Assembly: GCA_029855935.1 (NCBI GenBank)
Contig: JAGSHN010000020.1
Coordinates: 1-64,000, forward strand
DNA: 64,000 nucleotides
Direction: 5' to 3'
Source: Candidatus Thorarchaeota archaeon
Lineage (GTDB): Archaea; Asgardarchaeota; Thorarchaeia; Thorarchaeales; Thorarchaeaceae
Of this stretch, positions 27,346-37,211 are shown one piece after another; the first letter of the stretch is position 1, and every line of letters starts with the position of its first letter. Both the position numbers and the translations under genes were made by a program. The notes under the pieces were generated by a model, which did not search any database, had not been told where the DNA came from, and saw only the letters and a program-made list of their open reading frames with translations.

Positions 27346-29244
27346 TCACTGTGCCGTCCCTCTTGCAGTCATACGTTCGTGCACGATCAGGACAGAACAG
27401 ACAATCGTCACACCGAGAGAGGAGACTGTCACTACGAAGGAGATGGGGTTCAGGCCGAGAATCCTCATCTGTTCGTAGGTCCCATTATTGCCTACCGTAG
27501 TCTCGGATATCGTGGTCTGTGGCTCAGATTTGCTCTGTTCCGGATCTCTCGGGGCCAGACGGAAGTAGAGAGAGTTTCGCCCCATCTCAAGATATTCACC
27601 TTGAACGTACTCGGTGACATTGTACGGTCCCGATGTCACCATTGATTCCTCCACTGGATTGGGATCCCAGTCATACCACTTGTCGACGCCGTATTCCGCA
27701 ACAATATGGCTCGGCAGGATGGGCTTATGAGCGACCGCGTGCAGGTTCCAGTACGACTCGGTGCTGAAGTTCACAACGACCGTGTACAGATCCGTGGCAT
27801 TGACGCGGGTGACTGAGGTGAGGTCTGGCCAGTAGTAGGTGCCCTCGACCATTCTGTACAGATTCAGTGAGAAGGCCACATCTATGGCGGTCAACGGTGT
27901 CCCATCGGTCCACGTGACGTTGCGGACCAGGTGAAATGTCAGTCTGGAATGACCCTCGTGCAGAGTCGGGTCATCTGCATGCGTCTCAAGAACATAGTCC
28001 TCGGCAAGCCATAGGACCTCGTTCGTACCATCTCTCCTGAGAAGGCTGTCATAAAGGCTGGAGAGAATCTTTCTGATAGTGTCTGAGGTCGTGGTCATAA
28101 GATTGAATGAGCGAAGGTCATCAGGGATGGCATAACGAAGGATGCCACCGAAGGGACCGCCTCTGTCCCCCCTCAGACGCACACCAAAGATGTTCCACCA
28201 GCTCAGCGTACCATCGAGGATATCTATCACAAATCCCTCGAATTGGTCCGTCCGATATGCGTAGTAGTGGGTGTTCTCGTAGCAGACAACTATCGGGCAT
28301 TCATAGGCAAGGATCTTCTGCATCTCGATGGCAGCCTGCCGCACCTCGTCATAGTCAATTGAGTGGAGGAGTTGGTCTCTCCACGAGTCGTACGTGGCGT
28401 TCCTGAAGTTGGGAAAGTTGTGGTACGGCTCGTCGGCATATTCCGACCAGTACTCGTACGCCAGCCAGTCAACATCCGTGTCGTAGAATCTGGCGGATGT
28501 GAGGAATATGTCGTAGTTCCTGTCGTAGAGGTGATTCTGCTCGACAAAATAGGGATCGATGGCGTTATCGATGCCGAGAGAACTCAGTGCCTCCGATACG
28601 ATTTCGCAGACCGAGCGCAGTGCCTTCGAGGAGGAGCCTTCAATCAGCGTCCTGCGGAGCTCGACAGTCCCAGGTCCATAGGGTCCCGGCCCCTCAAGAA
28701 GACCATCGTTGTCAGAGTCGACGAAGCCTGCATCAGCGAGCAATGCTCTAGCAGTGTCAAGGTTCGAACTGTAGTAGTGAGACGAGAGCTCGTCCTCAGC
28801 ACAGAACGGACTGACCATCGGCACGCAGCAGTCAAGTGGCTGCGCGTACCCGTTCCAGACCTCACGCACTACCGCTTTCTTGTCGAGTGCATAGGCCAGC
28901 GCCCTGCGAAACGCGGTGATGTTGTACGGATACCTCTCCGTGTTGATCGCCAGATACTCGTAGCCATTTCGAGGCAACGATGACACGCTGATGCCCTCAG
29001 CCTCAAGGGCTGCGCCAATATACGCAGGATTGATTCGGTAGCCAATCAGGTCGATGTCGCCCTCCATCAGAGCCAGCATCTGGTCGTCATAGCTCGGAAT
29101 GATCCGGTACACAATCCTGTCAACGTAAGCACCGACCCTGTCTGTGTGGGATGCCTGAGCACCGACTGGTGGCGGCTGGGCAGAGAACGCGATGAGAACC
29201 ACTACTAGGAGAGCAAGAAGTGTGTGTCGGCGCGTATTCCTCAT
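27346..29244 (-). CDS. Family 5 ABC substrate-binding protein, tandem paralogue of 25230-27134
   Basis: Colinear and highly similar to the neighbour. ATG 29244 aligns with the paralogue's start. Confidence 0.9.
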   Translation of the reverse strand: MRNTRRHTLLALLVVVLIAFSAQPPPVGAQASHTDRVGAYVDRIVYRIIPSYDDQMLALMEGDIDLIGYRINPAYIGAALEAEGISVSSLPRNGYEYLAINTERYPYNITAFRRALAYALDKKAVVREVWNGYAQPLDCCVPMVSPFCAEDELSSHYYSSNLDTARALLADAGFVDSDNDGLLEGPGPYGPGTVELRRTLIEGSSSKALRSVCEIVSEALSSLGIDNAIDPYFVEQNHLYDRNYDIFLTSARFYDTDVDWLAYEYWSEYADEPYHNFPNFRNATYDSWRDQLLHSIDYDEVRQAAIEMQKILAYECPIVVCYENTHYYAYRTDQFEGFVIDILDGTLSWWNIFGVRLRGDRGGPFGGILRYAIPDDLRSFNLMTTTSDTIRKILSSLYDSLLRRDGTNEVLWLAEDYVLETHADDPTLHEGHSRLTFHLVRNVTWTDGTPLTAIDVAFSLNLYRMVEGTYYWPDLTSVTRVNATDLYTVVVNFSTESYWNLHAVAHKPILPSHIVAEYGVDKWYDWDPNPVEESMVTSGPYNVTEYVQGEYLEMGRNSLYFRLAPRDPEQSKSEPQTTISETTVGNNGTYEQMRILGLNPISFVVTVSSLGVTIVCSVLIVHERMTARGTAQ

Positions 29245-29477
29245 CCAGACACTCCCTGTTCCGCGCAGGCGGGCATCGCGACACGTCACATCTGGCGGGA
29301 ACAGATAATAAGCGTTCATATGGGCCTTGGGGCACAAGACGGATAGCTGGTAAATCACCTGCTGAGAGACCATTGGAAGCCCTCAGCACGATATGCGAGA
29401 TTAGCGCATACCGTCGTGGGAAGACTTACATTGCTATGTGCAGACTCAAGTTCAACCCTAGAGAGGGAGAGTGGCCA

Positions 29478-32411
29478 TTGAGTCCCGGCACCCAGGACGT
29501 ATCAAGACTCAGAGACGCGATTGGGAGGCTTGCGCTGTACGCGGCAAGCGCCATCGGGAAACTGAAAACAGTGGATGTCGCTGGCTTCATAGCCAGCATC
29601 TGTGGTGGTGCTGCACTGGAGATTGGCGGGATTAGTCTAGAGAAGATACTTGGGGCGTGCTGGGGCAAGATAGAGAAATGGGCGAGCAAGAGAGAGCTCG
29701 CAAAAGCTGTGAGGGGCCTGTACCTCTATCGGTCTGCCGACGATATCCTCAGGCAGAGGCTGGATAGGATTCCCGAACTCATTCGACGCAACGCGGACGC
29801 AATTCGAGACCGCCTTGGCAGTGGTGAATCATTCATCGAGATAGTGAAAGATCTACTCGCAACAGCAGACGATATGGAGCTCTCAGAGGACTATGCGGAG
29901 GCGCTTGCAATTGCTCTACAGCGCGGAATATCTCGCGTCATCGCGTCGGGGGTGACCCCGTCTGATGTGTACAGCCTTCCCACGAGTGAAGGGACGAAGA
30001 GTGATCAGATTCTCACAGCCGTGGAACTGCTTCACGCAACGCTCGGATCCCACGCGTTGGCCCGCGAACTCGTTGACCTGAGCTTCAGCACGCGTCTTGA
30101 GAGAATCGAAGTCACTCTGGACCGCGATGCTCTGACAGCAGGACAAGATGAATCGCTCTCGCAGCACAGGGCCGTGACCGAACCAACCTTCTTCAGAAGG
30201 CCGCACCTCAACTGGGTGGACCTCGAGAGAGGATACTACTATGACAGACCCAAGCTCGTAGACAACATTGAAGACAAGTTCGCGAGGGGGAACTGGCTGC
30301 AACTCATTGTGGCCCCCTCAGGTGCCGGCAAGACAACTCTGGGACTCATCCTCGGCTACAGACATGTGACACTCTACGGTGGAATAGCATACTATGTCGA
30401 CCTCGAAGGCAAGAGCGACGTTGACTTGGCGGGAGATGTTGGCGAGATTGCCAAGGCCCTGAAGAGAATCAAAAGAGCAGGGTGGTCGGAGGAGACTAGC
30501 AATGGGGGTTCTTCGGCCAACCACGATTTCGACGCTGTTGAAGAGATCCCAAGCATACTCGTCATAGTCGACAACATTCACCTCAACCTAAAGAGGGTCC
30601 AAGGGCTAGTACAAGGTGTCCGCAGTGCATACTTAGGAACAGACCTTGCCGCCGCTTTGAGCATTCTCCTTCTTGCACGCGTTGGTCACGAGGACCTGCA
30701 GAGGGGTACTGAGCAGATACTCGCAGAGCTGTTCGGCTCCGACCTCGGTGAAGGCATCGTCGAGACTCGTACTCTTGAGAGACGCGATTTCAAAGACGCT
30801 GTCAGAGGGATTGCCGATGTCTTCGCAAGGGAGAGAGATATCGGAGATATCAAGTCATTCGAGCGGGATCTGGTCAGGAAGAGCCAGGAGAGCCTCTGGC
30901 TGCTGTCCTTTGTTCTTCGAGGACTGGAACGAGGCAGGTCAATCGAAGAGATCAACTTGTGCGAGGAGGTCGAGGAGTTCTACTATTGCCCATCCGGTCG
31001 CCCCGATTGCATGAGTTCAGTCTTTCGTCGTGTCCTTGATACACGCGCCAGTGACAATGGACTTGACCTGAAACGACTTGAGCCTGCTGATGCGAGGGGA
31101 GCATTGCGTGCTGTACTGACGACCATTGCGGCACTCGGTACTCTCGGGACACCTGTTCCTGTGCAATACTTGGTCGAGGCTGCACAGGAGCACAAGGTCG
31201 CAAGCGACATCTCGGGACGCTTCCTCGAGGGCAACAAGGCCAGATCCGTTGTGAATGAGATAATAGAACGTCTGCGAAGACTCAATGAGATTGTCGACGG
31301 AGAGATGGCGGGGTGGAATACTGTGAGGCTTCCCCACGCAACTCTTGCAGAAGCAATCTGGAGTTGTGCAGTTGAGAGGGGACGACCTACCATCCTTGTG
31401 GGAGAGTCCCGCGACGACGATACCAGCAATGCCACTGACAAAACGATAGAACGCGTCGTGCTCTCGCTGCTCGACTGGTGTGCAAGATACTACATAGTGG
31501 ATAGGAATAGCGGTCCCGCCCTCTTGCCTCAGGTACTGTGGCAAGCCGTCTTGAAAAACTTTCGCACATCTTATCATCGCGTCGAGAGTCTACCAAAATG
31601 GTTCCGTCAGGGTGAAGAGCCGCAGCAGCAATTGCGGCTGAGAGCCCTTGCCCTTGCCCTTGAGAACCATCCCGAACCATCTATTTTTGCTGGTCTTCTT
31701 CGCTCTCGGCCTTGGCCTCTTCCCGAAGCCTGGCAGTCCTTGTTCAAAGACGCATTTCTCGTTGCCGAGCGTCCCGGTGTCGTACTACACGCGATAGGAT
31801 CCTTCGTCGCAAGAACACCAATGATGATTGCGGCAATAGAGGCACGCATTGATGACCTGTGCGCGGAAATCACTCACCCACAGGAATCAGCAACTGTTCT
31901 TTGGGCCATATCCCCGTTTCCTCAGATTTGCAGGAACGAGAGAGTATTGAACGCAGTCGCTACGGCATTGCGCAGCAGTCCCAAGCCGTGGAGGATTCTC
32001 CACGCCATCGACGACTGGCCCAAGGTCCGTGACGACCCCAAGACCGTCAGCACAGTGAGACAGAGTGCAGTCCCACGCATCGCAGAGGCACTGCGCAGCC
32101 ACCCAGTGCCGTGGTGGATTCTCCACGCCATCAGAAACTGGCCCGAGGTCCGTGACGACCCCAAGATTGTCAGCGCCATCGCAGAGGCACTGCGCAGCGG
32201 TCCCAAGCCGTGGAGGATTCTCCACGTCATGAAGGGCTGGCCGGGAGTTCAAGCCCATCCGGATGTGAGAGCGGCGATAGATGATGTGGCCGAGAAGATC
32301 TGTCAGGCTCGTAGTAGGCAGTGGATTCCGGACATAACATGGGAGAGCATAGTCAAGATTCCCCAGCTCAGGCAGCACGAGTGCATAGAACGCCTTCTGT
32401 CCCGTGACTAG
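29478..32411 (+). CDS. STAND-class P-loop ATPase (NLR/Avs-like) with C-terminal Trp-rich helical repeats, copy 1
   Basis: FFRRPHLNWVDLERG..R pre-P-loop motif, APSGAGKTT (Walker A), ILVIVDNIH (Walker B), LLLAR (sensor), LPHATLAE (WHD-like). The TTG 29478 start aligns with the paralogue. Confidence 0.8.
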   Translation: MSPGTQDVSRLRDAIGRLALYAASAIGKLKTVDVAGFIASICGGAALEIGGISLEKILGACWGKIEKWASKRELAKAVRGLYLYRSADDILRQRLDRIPELIRRNADAIRDRLGSGESFIEIVKDLLATADDMELSEDYAEALAIALQRGISRVIASGVTPSDVYSLPTSEGTKSDQILTAVELLHATLGSHALARELVDLSFSTRLERIEVTLDRDALTAGQDESLSQHRAVTEPTFFRRPHLNWVDLERGYYYDRPKLVDNIEDKFARGNWLQLIVAPSGAGKTTLGLILGYRHVTLYGGIAYYVDLEGKSDVDLAGDVGEIAKALKRIKRAGWSEETSNGGSSANHDFDAVEEIPSILVIVDNIHLNLKRVQGLVQGVRSAYLGTDLAAALSILLLARVGHEDLQRGTEQILAELFGSDLGEGIVETRTLERRDFKDAVRGIADVFARERDIGDIKSFERDLVRKSQESLWLLSFVLRGLERGRSIEEINLCEEVEEFYYCPSGRPDCMSSVFRRVLDTRASDNGLDLKRLEPADARGALRAVLTTIAALGTLGTPVPVQYLVEAAQEHKVASDISGRFLEGNKARSVVNEIIERLRRLNEIVDGEMAGWNTVRLPHATLAEAIWSCAVERGRPTILVGESRDDDTSNATDKTIERVVLSLLDWCARYYIVDRNSGPALLPQVLWQAVLKNFRTSYHRVESLPKWFRQGEEPQQQLRLRALALALENHPEPSIFAGLLRSRPWPLPEAWQSLFKDAFLVAERPGVVLHAIGSFVARTPMMIAAIEARIDDLCAEITHPQESATVLWAISPFPQICRNERVLNAVATALRSSPKPWRILHAIDDWPKVRDDPKTVSTVRQSAVPRIAEALRSHPVPWWILHAIRNWPEVRDDPKIVSAIAEALRSGPKPWRILHVMKGWPGVQAHPDVRAAIDDVAEKICQARSRQWIPDITWESIVKIPQLRQHECIERLLSRD

Positions 32412-32529
32412 GAACAGCAACAATCACGCGAGTACAGAGAAGCCGCATTGTTCGAATCCGCTGTATCGTTGCAGAACCACAGTGCAGACAGAGTAATCAC
32501 CGTACGGGACGCACTGCCAGGCATCGCCA

Positions 32530-32720
32530 AGTCTAGTTGATATCGATTCATCAATCAACCATCCGGTCGTCACAGATTGGCATATGATCTTGCCAACACG
32601 AGGCGCTGCGCCTGTCATCTGCACCACCTGAGCACTGGCCACTATCGGTCGCGCAGAGAACGCGACTACGACCACTGGAAGATCTATAGGCGTAGTGTAG
32701 GTGTGTGAGCTTCCAACTAG
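32530..32720 (-). pseudogene. Remnant of an SBP gene 5' end carried along in the STAND duplication
   Basis: Aligns with 29045-29245 (gcagagaacgcga, cctgagcac, catc-y-ggtcgtca). It translates as VVVVAFSARP..AQ versus VVLIAFSAQP..AQ. Confidence 0.75.
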
Positions 32721-32943
32721 CCTGATTCTTCGCGGTCGGGTATATGACACATCACATCTGGCTGGTCCAGCAAATGGACATCTATGTTGACCCTCGAATC
32801 CACGGCGGAAACTACCTAGTCACTCCTCAGGAGCCAATACAAGCCCTCGGTGCGATATGCAGAATCATCGGTCATACAATCGCGGGAAGATTTACATTAC
32901 CGTATACAGACTTGGGTTCGACCCTGACGAGGGAGGGTGACGA

Positions 32944-35900
32944 TTGAGTCCCAGCAGCCAAGACGTGTCGAGGCTCGCAGACCTCATTGCAAGGCTTGCG
33001 CTGTACGCGATAGGCACTGTCCGCGAGAGACTCACACTAGACAACGTTGTGGGGTTCATAAGTGGTATCTGTAGTGGTGCTCCACTGGGGATTGGCGATT
33101 TTGCCCTCTCGAAGACACTCGAGGCGTTCTGGGATAGGATAGAGAGATGGGCGAGGAAGAGAGAGCTTGCGAAGACCATAAGGGGCCTCTACTTGTATCG
33201 ATCTGCCAACAGAGGCGTCAGAAAGAGTCTGGACAAGATTCCGAAGCTGATTCAAAGCAACGCGAGTAGAATTCGGAAGGAACTTGAGGCTGGTCGGTCA
33301 TTCGTCGAGATAGTCGAGGGCCTGCTCGCAGATACAGACGATATCAAGCTTCCCGAGGACTACGCAAAGAAGCTCCCAATCAATCTCCAGCATGCGATAT
33401 TTCGTGTTGTAGCATCGGGAGTCAAACTGCCTGATGTGTACAGCTTTCTCATAGGTGTGGGGATGAAGAATGACGAGATTAGCCAGGCCATAGAACTACT
33501 TCGTGCAACGCTTCAGTCCAATGCACTGGCCCGAGAACTCGTTGACCTGAGCTTCAGCACGCGTCTTGAGAGAATCGAAGTCACTCTCGACTGCGACGCT
33601 CTGACGGCTGAGCAGAATGAATCGCTCTTGCAGGACAGGACCGCACCCGAACCAACCTTCTTCAGAAGGCCGCACCTCAACTGGGTAGACCTCGAGAGAG
33701 GATACTACTATGACAGGTCCAAGCTCGTAGACGACATTGAGGACAAGTTTGCTCAGGGGAGATGGCTCCAACTCATTGTGGCGCCCTCGGGTGCAGGCAA
33801 GACAACTCTGGGACTCATCATCGGCTACAGGCACTTGACACTCTACGGCGGAATAGCATACTATGTCAATCTCGAAGACAGAAGCGATGTTGACCTGGCG
33901 AGAGATGTTGGCGAGATTGCCAAGGCCCTGAAGAGAATCAGAATGACTGCGGGGTCAAGGAGAGGTAATGATGAGGAAGACCTTGCCGACTATGATTCTG
34001 CTTCTGTTGAGGAGATTCCAAGCATACTCGTCATAGTCGACAACATTCACCTCAACCTCGGATTGGTCAAGGACTTGATACGAAGCGTCCGTAGCGCCTA
34101 CGTAGGGACTGACCTTGCCGCCGCATTGAGTATCCTCCTTCTTGCACGTGTTGGTCATGAGGACTTGCAGAGGGGTACTGAGCAGATACTTGCAGAGCTA
34201 TTCGATTCTAGACTCGGTAGGCGCATAGCCGGAACTCATACTCTTGAGAAGCGCGATTTCAAGGACGCTGTCAGAGGGATTGCCGAGGTCTTCGCAAGGG
34301 AGAGAAACATCGGAGATATCAAGTCGTTCGAGCGGGATCTGGTCAGGAGGAGCCAGGAGAGCCTGTGGTTGCTCTCTTTTGTTCTCCGAGGACTGGAAAA
34401 AGGCAGGTCAATCGAAGAGATCGACCTGTGTGAGGAGGTTGAGAAGTTCTACTATTGCGAATTCGAAAGATCAGAGCGCATCAATTCGGTCTTTCATCGT
34501 GTCCTTCATACACGCGCCAGTGAAAATGGACTTGACCTGGGACGACTTGAGCCTGCTGATGCGAGGGGAGCATTGCGTGCTGTACTGACGACCATTGCGG
34601 CACTCGGTACTCTCGGGACACCTATGCCCAAGAAATACTTGATTGAGGCTGCGGAGAGGTACGGAGTGCCAAGCGACATCGCGGGAGGCTTCCTCGAAGG
34701 CGAAGAAGCCAAAGCTGTCGTGGAGGAGATGATAGAACGTCTACGTACACTCAATGAGATTGTTGATGGAGAGATGGCGGGTGAGCAGACCGTCAGGCTT
34801 CCTCACACTACCCTTGCAGAGGTGGTCTGGAGTTGTGCAGTCAAGACAGGACGACCCAGCATCCTTGCAGAAGAGTCCCGCGATGACGATACCAGTATTG
34901 CCGCACACGACATGAGAGAACGGATCGTACTCTCGCTCCTCGACTGGTGTGCAGGATACGGCATAGTCGACAAGAATGGTGGTCCCGGCCTCTTGCCTCA
35001 GGTGATTCGGCAAGCCATCTTGGAGAACTTCTGGACTTGGAACCTTCATGTCATAGCGAACTGGTTCCGTGAGGGGGAGGACTTGCAACGACAACCGCGC
35101 CTGAGTGCTCTTGCAATTGCACTTGAGAACTATCCTGGGCTATCTATTCTTGATCTTCCTCTCTTCTCGTCGGGATTTCTTCCCGATGCATGGGAATCCT
35201 TGTTCAAAGATGCATTCCTCGTTGCCGACCGTCCGGGCCTCGTACTATACGCGATAAAATCGTTCTTTACGAGAAGACCAACGATTTTGGAAGTAGAGGC
35301 ACGCATTGATGACCTGTGCGCGGAAATCGCCCAGACACAGGAATCGAAAACTGTTTTGAGCGCCATATCCCCGTTTCTTGAGATTCGCAAGAACGAGAGA
35401 ATAGTGAATGCAATCGCTATGGTGTTGCGCAGCCATCCTGAGCCGTGGGAGATTCTCTACGTCATCAGCGACTGGTACGATGTCCGTAGCGACCCCAAAA
35501 TTGTCGTCGCCATCTCAGAGGCTATCCTTAGCCATCCTGAGCCATGGAAGATCCTTGAACCCATCAGCCTTGGAATCATCGAGTGGCCCGAGGTCAGTGG
35601 CAATTCCAAGGTCATCAACGCCATCGCAGAGGCACTGCGCAGCCATCCTAGGCCGTGGTGGATTCTCTACGCCATCAGCGACTGGGACGAGGTCCGGGAC
35701 GACCCCGAGATCGATAGCGCAGTGGGAGAGACTGCCATCCCACGCATCGCAGAGGCAATACGCAGCAGTTTCAATCCGTGGTTGATTCTACATCGTATCG
35801 TAGACTGGTCCAAGATTCAAGCGAATCCGGATGTGAGAGCGGCCATAGATGAGGTGGCCGAAACAATCTGCGAGGATCACCGTTGGGGACTGATTCCAGA

Positions 35901-35976
35901 CTGGGTGTGGGAAAACATAGTCAAGATTCCCCAGCTCAGGCAGCACGAGTGCATAAGGCGGTTTCTGTCGGAGTGA
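32944..35976 (+). CDS. STAND-class P-loop ATPase with C-terminal Trp-rich helical repeats, copy 2
   Basis: Same motifs as copy 1, with one extra repeat. Confidence 0.8.
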   Translation: MSPSSQDVSRLADLIARLALYAIGTVRERLTLDNVVGFISGICSGAPLGIGDFALSKTLEAFWDRIERWARKRELAKTIRGLYLYRSANRGVRKSLDKIPKLIQSNASRIRKELEAGRSFVEIVEGLLADTDDIKLPEDYAKKLPINLQHAIFRVVASGVKLPDVYSFLIGVGMKNDEISQAIELLRATLQSNALARELVDLSFSTRLERIEVTLDCDALTAEQNESLLQDRTAPEPTFFRRPHLNWVDLERGYYYDRSKLVDDIEDKFAQGRWLQLIVAPSGAGKTTLGLIIGYRHLTLYGGIAYYVNLEDRSDVDLARDVGEIAKALKRIRMTAGSRRGNDEEDLADYDSASVEEIPSILVIVDNIHLNLGLVKDLIRSVRSAYVGTDLAAALSILLLARVGHEDLQRGTEQILAELFDSRLGRRIAGTHTLEKRDFKDAVRGIAEVFARERNIGDIKSFERDLVRRSQESLWLLSFVLRGLEKGRSIEEIDLCEEVEKFYYCEFERSERINSVFHRVLHTRASENGLDLGRLEPADARGALRAVLTTIAALGTLGTPMPKKYLIEAAERYGVPSDIAGGFLEGEEAKAVVEEMIERLRTLNEIVDGEMAGEQTVRLPHTTLAEVVWSCAVKTGRPSILAEESRDDDTSIAAHDMRERIVLSLLDWCAGYGIVDKNGGPGLLPQVIRQAILENFWTWNLHVIANWFREGEDLQRQPRLSALAIALENYPGLSILDLPLFSSGFLPDAWESLFKDAFLVADRPGLVLYAIKSFFTRRPTILEVEARIDDLCAEIAQTQESKTVLSAISPFLEIRKNERIVNAIAMVLRSHPEPWEILYVISDWYDVRSDPKIVVAISEAILSHPEPWKILEPISLGIIEWPEVSGNSKVINAIAEALRSHPRPWWILYAISDWDEVRDDPEIDSAVGETAIPRIAEAIRSSFNPWLILHRIVDWSKIQANPDVRAAIDEVAETICEDHRWGLIPDWVWENIVKIPQLRQHECIRRFLSE

Positions 35977-36197
35977 CTGAGAACAACAATGATCACGCAA
36001 GGGCAAGGAAGCCCACCATATCATTCTGACCACACAGAACCGGCGCAGAACCGTGGCGAAGCCAAAGCAATCTCCGTATGGGACGCAGTACAATCGAAGT
36101 GGTACCTAGTCCCTCTGTGTCCACTGCCCAAGGACACTTGGCTACCGCGAGATATGGAGCGAGGGCGGCCAGCCCCCGCGACCCCCGTGGCGCCGAA

Positions 36198-37211
36198 TCA
36201 CAGAGCGACGTTTGGCCCATTGTTCAATCTGCGCCACCACAGCCCCCGCCCCTCTCTCAGGTACCACAATGCCTTGGCGAGGTCGACAATCGCGCGCCAC
36301 GAGCTCGCCGCCACAACGACAGAGATGACGAACACCCATTTCCACAGGAGGACATCAGGTCCCGGTCCGGCGGTGGCCAACAGTGCGGTCAGGTCAACTA
36401 GGGTCCACACGCCATTCTGGTAGAGGTAGACGTACCGCGTGGGCCAGCCGATATGGATCAGGACAGATGCAAGCAGGGCCTGGGCGATGCCCACTGCACC
36501 CTCAACTATCAGGCTTGTTGTGTTCTCGCCAGCCCACAGGAACACGAGTCCCACCGAAGCCTGAGCGAGGAGTATTGCCACCAGGTACGGCACGAACACG
36601 AGGAATACTGGTGTCAACATCACCTGAAGTCTCGGGTGGAGAAGCAGGGCCGAGATGACCACGCCTCCCACTACATCCATGACCGCACTCGTTCTGGTCT
36701 TCCTTCTGAGTCCCTCTCTCCCGATGGCCAGCACGCGCTCGAAGAGTGTCCTGTCCGCTGTATTGGTCTGCACCTCGATAATATGGCGCTGTTCAAGGAT
36801 AGACAGTACCGCAAGTACGCACAGTACCACTATCCAGCTGATGATGAGCGGCCCACTGACGGGCAACACATCGGGCAACACCTGCGCCGCGACCAGTGTG
36901 CCAAGCACGAGAGCGAGGCCAGCACTTGCGAGCACGAAGAGAAGCGCGATCAACGGTCGCAGATATTCGACAGGCACGGGTCCGACTCTCTTGCCAGTCC
37001 CCGCATACTCATTGGCCACAGCCTGAGGCTCGCCCATCCGCTCAATGGCCATCAGGGCTGACCCCGGCGTGATCTCTCCGTCACCAATCCGCTCTGCCTC
37101 CTGAATGAGGTGAGTCCTGAGCTCCAGCAGATACTCCTCGTCCTCCATCGGCAGGTAGGTCCGGACACGTTCCAGATACTGGTCAATCAGACGCATCGCC
37201 CTGTCATTCAC
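36198..37211 (-). CDS. Membrane protein with an N-terminal HAAS-type domain (PadR partner)
   Basis: IDQYLERVRTYLP...ELRTHL...AIERMGEPQAVANEY followed by about 6 TM segments. Overlaps the padR stop (ATGA). Confidence 0.8.
   Translation of the reverse strand: MNDRAMRLIDQYLERVRTYLPMEDEEYLLELRTHLIQEAERIGDGEITPGSALMAIERMGEPQAVANEYAGTGKRVGPVPVEYLRPLIALLFVLASAGLALVLGTLVAAQVLPDVLPVSGPLIISWIVVLCVLAVLSILEQRHIIEVQTNTADRTLFERVLAIGREGLRRKTRTSAVMDVVGGVVISALLLHPRLQVMLTPVFLVFVPYLVAILLAQASVGLVFLWAGENTTSLIVEGAVGIAQALLASVLIHIGWPTRYVYLYQNGVWTLVDLTALLATAGPGPDVLLWKWVFVISVVVAASSWRAIVDLAKALWYLREGRGLWWRRLNNGPNVAL

Larger units (their letters stand above)
29045..36090 (+). repeat. Tandem duplication of about 3.5 kb (29045-32525 / 32526-36090)
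   Basis: Homology covers the SBP 5' remnant, the intergenic region, the whole ATPase gene and about 110 bp downstream (gcagaacc...aatc-w-ccgta-y-gggacgca). Confidence 0.85.

Noticed and set aside
29220-29477. 86-codon N-terminal extension of STAND copy 1 in the ORF track
   Set aside because: It overlaps the divergent SBP start, and the paralogue begins at the TTG equivalent to 29478.
31960-35870. Diversity-generating retroelement acting on the STAND repeats
   Set aside because: There is no reverse transcriptase in the window, and the differences between repeats are not adenine-specific.
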